From positions 50,468,001 to 50,532,000 of the forward strand of contig OZ024745.1 in NCBI GenBank assembly GCA_964016885.1: 64,000 nt of DNA, in the 5' to 3' direction. Of this stretch, positions 46,988-59,424 are shown piece by piece. This stretch comes from Eledone cirrhosa. Its lineage: Eukaryota. Each line of letters begins with the position of its first letter. Position 1 is the first letter of the stretch. The notes beneath the pieces are model-generated. The model was not told the origin of the DNA and ran no database searches. It worked only from the letters and a program-made list of their open reading frames with translations. Position numbers and translations under genes: made by a program.

Positions 46988-49795
46988 CGGCGCTGCCCGT
47001 GGTGGAAGTCTTCGTGAGGGGGAAGCCACAGCGAGCCCTCGTGGACACGGGCTGTACGACGACACTGGTGACCGCGGGGTGGCGCAGAGGTGGGGAGGGA
47101 AGAGCAGTGTAAGGGCAGTCGACGGCAGGAAAATTGAATGCCGAGGTCGCAGCGAGATGGAAATAGCGGTACGGGGAAGGAGGATAAGGCTTTCCGCCAT
47201 CGTGGTAGACAGTGTGGTGGATGGGATCGGCGTGGTTATGGGCATGGACGCGATTGGCCGTCTAGGGGGCGTCACGGTGAACAATTTCGGTGTGTCGTTT
47301 GGCGCCGCTGCATCGGTATGCGCTGTGAGTGCACGTCATGAGAACCAGAAGGCCCACGAGGAGGAATACCCCGCTTACACTGTGCAGGACAAAGACTTCA
47401 AGGCCGTGTTTGATGGGCAGCGATGGGTTGTTGAGTGGTACTGGAAGGGTGAACTACCAACACTGAAGACCAAAGTGGGCTGCTATCAACACACATTGAA
47501 GGGAAACGTTAGGAGCGAGAAGTAGAGAGATGGATCGAAGAGGGCATACTGCTTCTCTGGAAGGAGGAGGTGAAGTGCGGAGTATTGCCGTTAATGGCGG
47601 TGGTGCAACCCACGAAGAGCAAGGTGAGGCCGGTGCTGGACTATCGGGAGCTGAACGAGCACGTGTCATGCCACACGGGTGGCGAGGTCACGGATGTCTG
47701 TGGGGAAACCCTGCGTGAGTGGAGACGCATGACGGGGGGTTCAGCGATCGTAGATCTAAAGTCGGCTTACTTGCAGTTGCATATAGATGAGAAGCTCTGG
47801 CGGTATCGGCTGGTCAGGTATAAGGGCCGGACATATTGCCTGACCAGGCTCGGTTTCGGGCTGAGCTCCGCACCGAAGATCATGGCGGCGGTCCTCAAGA
47901 CCGCTCTGGGGAAGGCCGACAAGATAAAGAGGGCTACTAACTCCTATATTGACGACATCCTAGTGGATGAGTCGGTGGTGTCGGCGGCGGAGGTCACGAG
48001 CCATTTACGGAGGTATGGACTGACTGCGAAGCCGTCAGAAGCATTGGAGGGAGGAGCCGCGCTGGGACTTAGGCTACGGCGAGACAGGACGGGCGTTTTG
48101 GTATTCCAGAGGGGAAACGAAGTTCTGGAACTGGGCCCAAGTATGAGTAGGCGGGAGCTTTTCTCGGTGTGTGGAAAGCTGGTGGGTCACTACCTGATCG
48201 TTGGGTGGCTCCGGACGGCATGCAGCTATGTCAAGAGACGAGCGGGAGGAGTGACAGAGTGGGAGAGAGGACGGTGGCCATGATGCAGGAGATCGTGGGG
48301 AGGGTGAAGGCCGACGACCCAGTGCGGGGACGCTGGTATGTTCCCAAATCACAGAGCGGGACCGTATGGTGCGATGCCAGCAGCATAGCGCCGGGTGTCA
48401 CGTTGGAGATAGGAGGTGTTGAGGTCGAGGATGCAGCCTGGCTTAGAAAGAAGGACGACTGCAACCACATCAATGTGGCCGAACTGGACGCGGTGTTGAG
48501 AGGGGTGAACCTCGCCCTGCGGTGGGGGCTGCGCACCATCGAGATACGCACCGACTCGGCTACTGTACTCGGATGGGTAAGATCAGTGCTCACCAGTGAG
48601 AAGAGAGTGCGAACGAGAGGCGCGGCGGAGATGCTGATAAAGCGCCGCCTAGGAACGTTAGGAGAGCTGGCCACCGAGTTCGACCTGAGGCTGAGCGTAG
48701 TTTTCGTGCCCTCGGAGAAATATAGGGCGGACATCTTAACTAGAGTGAAGAAAGCCTGGATGGAAACGCCGGAGGAGGTAGAGGGTGAGATAGCTGCCGA
48801 GTGTCGGCTGACCGAGTCAGATCTGAAGGGGTTGCATGACATGCACCACATGGGGGTGGATAGGAGCCTGTTCCTAGCCAGGAGAATCGACTCGGACGTT
48901 AGCAGACACAGTGTTCGGGGGGGGGGGGGTTAGAGGCTGCGTCCGATGTCAGTCCATTGATCCCGCCCCGGGTGTACACGAAACGGGAAGCCTCCCGGTG
49001 GATCGCGACTGGAAGCGATTAGCGGTGGATGTGACGCACTACCGGCAGGGAACGTACCTCTCGATGGTCGACTGTGGACCAGGTCGAATGGCGATATGGA
49101 GGGAGATGAGGACTGGAACGGCCGAGGAAATCGTGCGGACGTTGAGAGAGGTGTTCTTGGAGCGGGGCCCTGTGGACGAACTGCTGATGGACAACAGCGC
49201 AGAGTTCCGCTCGGAGGCACTGAGGGAGATGCTCGATGGATGGAAGGTGGACCGTTTCTTCAGAGCAGCGCACAGGCCGAGCGGGAATGGAATCGTGGAG
49301 CGACACCACCGGACGATCAAGGCAATGGCGGAGCGGGGCCATATCTCACCAATGGAGGCAGTGTTCTGGTACAATATGTCTCCTCGGGTTGGACAGGTCG
49401 AGGAATCGGTGTCACACAGAGCAGTATTCAAATACGAGTGGCGGCACCCGTGCACGCCACCACAACGGCCAGTGGGGAGAGAGAGTGCATTCGTGCAGGT
49501 GGGCGAAGAAGTCTGGGTTAAGCCCCCAGATGCACGTTGCACATCTCAATGGGGAAGGGGAACGGTGACGGCCGTAAATTCAAAGAACAATGTGTCCGTG
49601 GACGGGGTACCACGTCATGTCCTGGATGTAAGAAGAATCACTGTGTCGACGGACTCCGTGGAAGAGGAAACTCAAGATGAGGTGGAAACCCAGAGCTCTG
49701 CCCCAATACTACGGAGATCGCAACGAAGTCGTAAACCACCAACCTGGACAGCAGACTTTCATATGCAGAGGGACGAGGGGGAAATTGATCCTTGA
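46936..49795 (+). pseudogene. pol: Pol of the LTR retrotransposon (protease, RT, RNase H, integrase), broken by about 4 frameshifts
   Basis: ALVDTG protease; RPVLDY, DLKSAY, LGFGLSSAP, YIDD; WCDAS, HINVAEL, TDS; H-H-C-C and D,D,E (AVDV, MDN, IVER). Confidence 0.9.
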
Positions 49796-50226
49796 GATCA
49801 GGGGGGCGTGTGGGTATTTTGTGGCGTGTGGTGGCTGGAAGCGGGGGAGTGCTCGACCGGAGGGGTTCTTGGCAGGAAGGATGCTCGACCGGAAGGGCCA
49901 GCAGAGGGCCTCTCTCTAGTGGTGACCAGCAAACGGTGTGGACGCGAGTTTTTGGCAGCTCCCGGTGTTAAGCAGTTGGACGCACGTGGAAGAGGAGTAA
50001 CATGCACTGGAGTTTAGCGGCGCCTATGAAAAGCGGTAAGTGAGATAGCTTTTTCTAACCACACTATCAACGCACGACTGGGTTTCCTCCACTCCCTCTC
50101 CCTCTTTCTTCTACTGGGAAGTTCAGCTACTCCTTCCTTCCACAAAATGCCATGATAGAATTATGTGTCTCAACAACAAACTTTTGACCAATCCTTGTGA
50201 CAATCACTTTTACCATATATGGAATT

Positions 50227-50322
50227 ACCCCCTGAGAAGCTCGGCTATTCATGTACCAGGATAAACATTTTCATTTAGTCCAGAATTAGCCGTCGAAACG
50301 GCTTGAGCTCAGCCGTCGGGGT
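50227..50322 (+). ncRNA. Type I hammerhead ribozyme-like motif (G8A variant) at a PLE end
   Basis: Stem I ACCCC/GGGGU, core CUGAGAA, stem II CGGCUA/UAGCCG, GAAA, stem III CGGCU/AGCCG with a GAGCUC loop palindrome, GUC site. Confidence 0.55.
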
Positions 50323-50332
50323 CCTACTCGTT

Positions 50333-50373
<41 letters not shown>

Positions 50374-50379
<6 letters not shown>

Positions 50380-50652
50380 AAATAGAGAATCAGGTTTGCG
50401 ACGAATGGAATTTATTGGACATATTACAATCGTTTCTCTGGCGACCAGCTCGAGGCACGATCGATGTGATGATTGAACCTGACTCTAAAAATCTGGTCGC
50501 CAGAGAGAAACGATTGTAATATGTCCAATAAAATTCCATTCATCACAACACTGATTCTCTTTTTTTCTGTGATATTATACTCTGCTCTATGAGACCATCG
50601 AGTGCTCAAACGGCCTACTGCAAACGGACGCTTTAAGCATCCAACACCAATT
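50374..50652. mobile_element. Fold-back PLE end between (TA)n tracts
   Basis: Inverted arms of about 75 bp (50374-50448 / 50493-50570) carrying a hammerhead 3' half GAAACGAUUGUA, then a tail. Confidence 0.65.
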
Positions 50653-50671
50653 ATATATATATATATATATA

Positions 50672-51276
<605 letters not shown>

Positions 51277-51307
51277 TATATAATTGGAATGTTATATATT
51301 TATATAT

Positions 51308-54238
51308 TCATCTCCACCGAATCGAATTCCAGCGCTGGCCCTCTACTGCCGGCTGCTGCCAGCCCACCACTTTATTGCGCTCTCTGTGCCCACACTAGCC
51401 GGTACTTAAAGACAATCAACTGTCACCTATACCACAGAAGCTGTGTCGGCATCACCAAAGCTCAAGCCGAAAAGCTTTAATACTGGACCTGTAATCGGTG
51501 CCACTTCAGCTCCGACCTACTCCGTGGGGATGCCCCACGCTTCGATGACCAACTCTCTACCGAGGACTTTGCCACAGCCCTCCAGGGTTTCTCCAAATCA
51601 AAGCTCGTCAACCGGATCCCTAAGGGAGCTCGGAGTAGCTTTGCACGTTCCTTCTCTAATTTATTGAAAAACGTTTGCTCGTCCAACAACAGATCTGACT
51701 GGCAGAAATTGTTTTTATTTCTTCTCATCTCTCTTCACGTGCACAAGGCGAATTCGGGTTCCCTCACGCTCTCTCTCAAGCGGCAGTTCCAGCTGTTTCA
51801 GTCCAGCCCAACCACGTCTCACCTCAGTTCGACATCGAGCCCGGTGTCCACCAACAGACAACCGATAGACCTCAAGTGGGCGGTCAATGCCAAATTCAGC
51901 GAATTTGACATTAAAGGGGCTGTCCGTCTCCTCTATTCTCTGTCCGCCCTCGCTCCGTGCAACTCTGATTCTCTTGAGTGACTGAAAAAGAAGCACCCAT
52001 CGACACCCCCAGATGATCAGCTACACTGGCCGAAACCACCAGAATACTCGAGACCGGTTTTATACTACCGATATCATCAGAAAGGCGATTTCATCCTTCC
52101 CCGCTGGGTCAGGCGCGAGGATTGTCGGCCTTCGTCCTCAACACGTCAAGGATGTATTCTCCTTATCGGCCGGTGACGCCGGACTCGAGCTCTTGGAGTG
52201 TCTGATTCAGTTTGCGAATCAGTTCTCTTCATCCGCCAACTGTTCTTCGGTGCGAAGCTATTTGGTCTCACCAAGCCCAACGGAGACCTGCGCCCCATTG
52301 CGGTTGGCTTCACCCTTCGCCGCCTCACTGCAAAGGCGTGTCTACTGTTGGTCTCCGACTCACTGGTGGAGAAATTTTGCCCCATCCAGCTGGGGGTGGG
52401 AACCAAGTTGAGATGTGAGGCTGCTATCCACGCTACCAAAGCCTTTACCAACTTGCCCTCCTCGTCCCCTAAGGTCATACTCAAACTTGACCTCAGGAAT
52501 GCTTTCAACTCCGTCAGCCGCAACGTTGCCCTCAGCTCAGTAAGACAGAGGGTCTCACAGCACTACCACTTTGCTTGGCAGGCTTATCGGGAGCCCTCCT
52601 ACCTCTCTTTCGGTGACCAAATCATCACCACTGCCTCAGGAGTTCAATAGGCTGACTCACTCGGGCCCGCTCTGTTTGCACTGAGCATTGATGACGTCAC
52701 CAAAATGGGGGTTGAGTTGGACCTCAATGTCTGATACCTCGACGATGCTCGTTTGGGGGGAACTCCGGATATGGTTCTCGCCACTGCACACAAAATGGTT
52801 GAGGAGCTTTGCCGCCGAGGTCTCCAGGTCAATAGCTCCTATTGTGAGCTCTGGATCCTCAACCACCCGGCTTCTCAGGGTCAGCCCCTCTCACAGATTT
52901 CCGTCCTGCCTCCAACGCTTCGACGACCTAATCTTCGAGAGACTCGAGTGCCTGGTCAATGTTAGACTCTCTCCAGAGTCCCGCTATCAGGCTGCGTTGC
53001 CCAAGCGATTTGGGGGTCTTGGTCTTCGTAAGTGTTCGTCCCTCTCTCTCTCCCCTGTTTTCTTTCCTCCACCCACACTTGCTCCACCCACGCTTGCTCC
53101 ACTCTGGTGAGCAGCATCCTCTCCTCTCCAACATGGACTAGTTCCAACAGGGAGTTGGGTGAAGCTCTCCAATAATGGAGTGAGTTGGGCTTGTTTCTTC
53201 CTGAGAAGGTGGAGGACAGTCGAAGTCAGAGAACTTGGGACAGCATAAGTTCGAAGGCCACCTTCGACACCCTCTTCGTCCAGTCTGATCAGTTTGCAAG
53301 GTGCCGCTTACTATCTGCCAGCGCCAAATACTCAGGTGACTGGGTTGATGCCCTACACGTGGCCAACGTTGGTGGCCTACTCAGCAGCTTGGACGAACTT
53401 CGTGTCTCCATCGCCCTCAGAGTGGGAGCAGACGTCTGGATGGGTTTGAGGTGCCGATGCGGCAAATTCCTCGACTCCACAGGCCTCCACGGTCTTTCTT
53501 GCTGCCTGAATGCCGGCCGCTTCGCGCGTCACACGGAGCTAAACCTCATTCTCAAGAGAGCTTTGGCCCGGGCGAACATCCCCTCAATCTTAGAACCATC
53601 TGGGTTGTCCAGAAGTGACGGCAAAAGACCTGACGGCCTTACCTTGTGTCCCTGGTCGAGAGGCAAGTGCCTTGTCTGGGACGTCACTGTTAGTGACTCT
53701 TTTGCTTCTTCCCACATCCGCAGTCGAGCGGAGTAAGACCTTCAAATACTGTGATCTGTCGGCCAGCTACATTTTTAAGCCTGTAGCTTTGAGACGTTTG
53801 GGGAAGTCGGGCCGCTGACTGCGAGGTTTATCTCTTCACTGGCGGCTCGCCTAATAGAAGTAACTGGCGAATCTCGCGAGGGCGCTTGGTTGTTCCACGG
53901 CATTAGCCTCGCCATCACACGAGGCAACGCTGCGAGTGTGCTGGCTTGCCTTAAAAATCATTAGAGAGGTTTCCCGGTACTCCTCGCGACGCTGCTGTCT
54001 TTTGCTCTAGTGTTGGCTCGGTTGCTCACCCCTTCCTTTACATTTTCTTTAATATTGCAACATTAAAAGAATATATCCTTCTGAAAGAATCGCGAGCAAT
54101 TTATAATGTTATTTAAGCATTTGTAGTGTTATTTATGTATATATTTAAAACATATTTGTTATGTTATTCTACGGTAAATATATGTATATGCTTTGTATAA
54201 TAAACAGTTTGCACTCATCTATATATATAAAACTGAGG

Positions 54239-54307
<69 letters not shown>

Positions 54308-54885
54308 AATCCCTAAAACTCGAGAAGTACTCGACCAATTTTTTTCATACTTTACATGTGTATTACTTATGTTTCAGGGAGTGTTACGCACATAAATTCA
54401 ACTTTTTGATCCCCTAGGGCCCGCATTAGGTGAAAAATTGTGTTTTTTCCCCAGCTTTTTAGGGTCTTTTTGAGGCGTTACGTCAGACCGATTTCCTTGA
54501 AATTGTAACTATGTATGAGTCAGTCTCTTCTTCATACCGTGAGCAAAGAAAATCCAACTTTTTTATGGCCTAGGGCCCGCATTAGGTGAAAAACTTCATT
54601 TTTTTTTCAGCTTTTTAGGGCTTTTTTGAGGCGTTACGTCTAGTCGATCTTCCCGAAATTTCAAGACATATTATGCACATAAAAAAAATTCATTTTCTTA
54701 GGTGAAAACCTGCATTTTTCCTGCTTCATCGAGGAAAATCTTAAAGATTATCCAGCCATCAGAGTATTCGGTTTATTTTCTTTATATATTGTCCAGGCAT
54801 GCAGTTTTTCCACGATTAGGTCTGTTGGCTTTCCATAATACCTTATCCCGTGCAACGCCGGGTACCACTGCTAGTAAAAAAAAAA
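51308..54885 (+). mobile_element. CRE-clade non-LTR retrotransposon (RT plus restriction-like endonuclease), decayed, with a nested Helitron
   Basis: LRPIAVG.TLRRL, QLGVG, KLDLRNAFNSVSR, YLDD, LP.RFGGLGLR, CCHC (CRC...H..SC), RH, RPDG...WDVTV, ISLAITRGNAASVL; AATAAA at 54199 and an A10 tail at 54876-54885. Confidence 0.88.
54218..54874 (+). mobile_element. Non-autonomous Helitron
   Basis: a|TCTATATATATAAAAC...CCCGTGCAACGCCGGG hairpin, TACCACTGCTAG|t. Confidence 0.88.
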
Positions 54886-54914
54886 TATATATATATACAT
54901 ATCTATATAATTTG

Positions 54915-54951
<37 letters not shown>

Positions 54952-55209
54952 CAATCTAAGTAATCGATCATCGATCACCAACTATCGATTTGGGTGACGC
55001 GAAATCAATTGTCAGAGGAAATCGTCAATTATTCCTACATTGTCCTTCCGTACATCTTATGCTATGTACTACGTTCCTAGATTTGCATCTAATTTGTAGG
55101 CTTAGTGCAGGGTGCTTTTTAAAGGTTATGTTCTACTAATTAGGGCTTTTATGGGAATACCTGGTTTTTCAACTATCTTAATATTTAATTTTTGTTTGTC
55201 TCCACCAAC

Positions 55210-55575
55210 ATGCCAAACTTACAGAGGGATCTCCTTGTCAAGTTTCTCCGGTAAAGTCTATGCTAAGTGTCTGGCAAATAAATGAAGGGAGATTGTCGAG
55301 TCCAAACTATCTGATGAACAGTGTGGTCTTCGCCCCCGATGCAGAATAGCCGACCAAATGTTCACACTGCGGCAGATCTTAGAGAAATCGGAGGAGTATT
55401 GCCAAGATGTATATTCCTGTTTTGTCGACCTTGAAAAGGCATATGACCACGTTCATCGGGACCTTCTGTGGAAGGTTCTGCAGGGTTATGGGATCGATGG
55501 ACAACTCCTTGGTGCCTAGATGTTTCTATACGAAGTGCCAAGTATTTCTGTTCGGATAAATGGTGCTTAAGCTCA
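55210..55575 (+). mobile_element. RTE-clade RT fragment (second family)
   Basis: YRGISL...EQCGLRP...DQMFTLRQILEK...CFVDLEKAYDHV. Confidence 0.8.
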
Positions 55576-55867
55576 AGGACGCAACGCGCCATCCGATCCG
55601 GGAATCGAACTCATGATAATGAGCCAGCACCCTCACGATTAAGCCACACACTTTCACTTATGTATATGAAAACGGATTCCAATTTAAACACAAGGCAAAA
55701 CATGGGGGGTGGGGGGGATTTATCGATCCCAGTACTTGACTTGTACTTTATTTTATCGACCATAGAAGGATGAAAAGCAGAGTTTGTTTCCTCGGGATTT
55801 GAACTGAGAACATAAGGAGCCGAAACAAAAACATTTCGACCGGCTTTTCTAACGATTCCGGTGAACA

Positions 55868-56140
55868 CAGCATGGCCGAATAGTTAAGAAGATCGCTTAG
55901 CAACCATTAGGTCACGGGTTCGATCACATTGTGTGGTATCTTGGGCAAATGTTATTAACCATAGTCTATGATCAACCCATGCCTTGTAAGGAAAATTAGG
56001 TTGTCGGAAACTGTTTGGGAATCTGTTTGATGAACTGTACCCGTAATTCAAAGAGCCAGCCTTGTCATGCATTGTCACTGAGTCATCCTGAGAATTAGAA
56101 TAGGTGTACACGTGTCCGTGGAATGCTCAGCCACTTACAT
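55868..56140 (+). mobile_element. tRNA-derived SINE (CORE-related)
   Basis: tggccgaatagttaag...gggttcgatc, then tcttgggcaaatg. Confidence 0.6.
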
Positions 56141-56819
56141 CTTACAGTTCCACTCTGTCAACACACAACCCTTAGGTATATAATAACTGTTTCTACTTTG
56201 GGCACAAGGCTAGCAATTATTCCAGTGCATTACTGGTACTTTATTTTATCAACCCCCGTAAGGATGAAAGGTAAAGTTAACCTCAGCGGGATTTGAACTC
56301 AGACCATAAAGGGCCGTAACTCTATTCTGCAAAGCATGGCGTCTAATCTTCTACCGATACTGCCAATCCACCGCCCTTAGGTATATAGTAACGCCGGCTA
56401 GGGTTGTAAAACATTTTCTTCAACAGACTTTAGTAGCAAAGAAAGAAGAAGAGAAAGCTTCATGTTAAAGTGAAAAATGACAGCGTTGTTTATTGTTTGT
56501 TTAACACATAACGTATCTTCTAGCGTTCACTCTTATACAGGGTTCGCTTTTTTGTATTGATGTTGTAACCGGGATTTTACTCATTCATCAGTTAAACATT
56601 TAGAGATCTAAGCACAGTTTGTCAAATCCCGACTTCCACAGAAAAGTTGATGAACGGATCAAAGCGCTAGTTCTCAAAGAGAAAGAAAAGAAGAAAGGAA
56701 GAGAACATAAGGAAGAATCACTGGTATTTTATTTATCGAGCTCCGAAAAGATGAGAGACAAATTTCATCATAGCAGAACCAAGTATAACGTATAATTTAA
56801 CATATTTATTGTATTTTCA

Positions 56820-57471
<652 letters not shown>

Positions 57472-57483
57472 TTAATATAGATG

Positions 57484-57534
57484 AGATTCTACAGGACTAG
57501 AACTGTTTCATTCTTCAGAAATCATCAGGAATCT
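57484..57534 (-). ncRNA. Type I hammerhead ribozyme motif (inverted-arm copy)
   Basis: Reverse complement of 58182-58232, differing only in the stem II loop (UGAA). Confidence 0.75.
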
Positions 57535-58181
57535 GGCTTTCCAAAAATAAATGTTGTGGTATTTATATCTTTTCATGTGGTAGGAGAGGGTGGGGAGTGG
57601 GATGGGTAGAGGTCATTGGTTGAAAGAAAAGGGAATTCATTAAAAGCTAATTCTTTAAGGCTATAATTTATATTTAGAGTGACAAAGGCAGAAAGAATTC
57701 TATAAACAACTTCAGAATGGGTTCCACTCCTTATTTTTAAGTTACACTTAAGCTAACAAAGCCTATATTTCAGGTGTCTATAAGATCGTTGGGGGTCGGT
57801 CATGGTTGATGGATTTAAAGAAAAGGGAAATTCTTTAAAAGCTAATTCTTTAAAGTTCTACTTAGAGTGACAAAGAATTTCCCTTTTCTTTAAATCCATC
57901 AACCATGACCGACCCCCAACGATCTTATAGACACCTGAAATTTAGGCATTGTTAGCTTAAGAGAAACTTAAAAATAAGGAGTGGCACCCCATTCTGAACT
58001 TGTTTATAGAATTCTTTCTGCCTTTGTCACTCTAAATATAAATTATAGCCTTAAAGAATTAGCTTTTAATGAATTCCCTTTTCTTTTTTCTTTCAACCAA
58101 TGACCTCTACCCATCCCACTCCCCACCCTCTCCTACCACCTGAAAAGATATAAATACCACAACATTTATTTTTGGAAAGCC

Positions 58182-58232
58182 AGATTCCTGATGATTTCTA
58201 AAGAATGAAACAGTTCTAGTCCTGTAGAATCT
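58182..58232 (+). ncRNA. Type I hammerhead ribozyme motif
   Basis: AGAUUC-CUGAUGA-UUUCUAAAGAAU-GAAA-CAG(uucuaguc)CUG-UA-GAAUCU. Confidence 0.75.
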
Positions 58233-58317
58233 CATCTATATTAAAACTTTTATACTCTGCTATGTATTGAGTACCTTACTTACTGTGGTTACATCCGACT
58301 CAACCCGGAATAACGTA

Positions 58318-58426
<109 letters not shown>

Positions 58427-59209
58427 TGTACATATATATATATATGTCTCATGGTCGGGTCGTTGGCGACTAAACTGGCAACCCCACCAAGGTTTCTTGG
58501 TGAGGAGGGTGACTTTGGACATCCTGCAGACTAGAAACAAAACCTGTCAAAGGGAAAAGAAGCTCTTAAGAGTCAATGGCCATCCAAAATCACCGGGAGA
58601 GATAACCCCTTAGCCTTTGTCAAGGCAGAATTCTAGGAGAAGGAAAACTCTGATATAGCACCTGCAACCTTGATGGTATCCAATGATGTTGACTTGTTCT
58701 TCTTTTTGGTAAATATCATCTTGGTTAAGAAAGTGGGACTGGCTTTGTGCAGTGCCTTTGCTCACTATAAAAGCTTCACGGTACAGGCATTGCTTTATAT
58801 CTGGAGATCTCTCTGCACTTGTCATCACAGGGTACAATGGGCCCAGCACTATGTGCCAGTAATTGTCACAAGTGTAGTGTTTGTACCAGAGTTTTCAAGT
58901 CGCTGGCTGGACTAAAAAGTCACACTCGTTCAGCGCATCAGTAGGGGTTCTCCTACATGGATATAAAGTAGTGGCCGTACTCGAAAACGAGTTGGCAGCC
59001 ACCATATATATATATATATGTACATATATATATATATAGATATCTATATGTAAATATATATATATATATGTACATATCCTGCGTCTCCTGTTGGCAGCGA
59101 TAATGAGGGACAGAGACCGCTGGAGAGAACTCGTCCATGGATCTCGGGAATTTTACCCGCCTTAGAATAGAATAGAATATGTACATATATATGTACACAT
59201 ATATATATG

Positions 59210-59349
59210 ATGGCTCCCTTCTGTCTCGATAGACAATGGATTGCGCCAAGAGGGGGGGGGGGGCTAGTTTGATGATAAGCAGCGTCTACTGTGACTGAAC
59301 AGCCCAATTCTGGAGTGGCAGTCTTTGGCACAGTTGCTGCACGTGAAGG

Positions 59350-59352
<3 letters not shown>
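59210..59352 (-). mobile_element. RTE-type LINE extreme 3' end with a C-terminal zinc finger
   Basis: FTCSNCAKDCHSRIGLFSHSRRC* plus a short 3' UTR, set in (TA)n. Confidence 0.75.

Positions 59353-59420
<68 letters not shown>

Positions 59421-59424
<4 letters not shown>

Larger units (their letters stand above)
45911..50063 (+). mobile_element. Full-length LTR retrotransposon (Gypsy-type domain order gag-PR-RT-RH-IN), 4153 bp
   Basis: 255-bp TG...CA LTRs at 45911-46165 and 49809-50063, 5-bp TSD CTATC, G-run PPT before the 3' LTR. Confidence 0.95.

Noticed and set aside
46219-49568. Long antisense and alternate-frame ORFs inside the LTR element
   Set aside because: Expected in GC-rich coding DNA; no recognisable domains.
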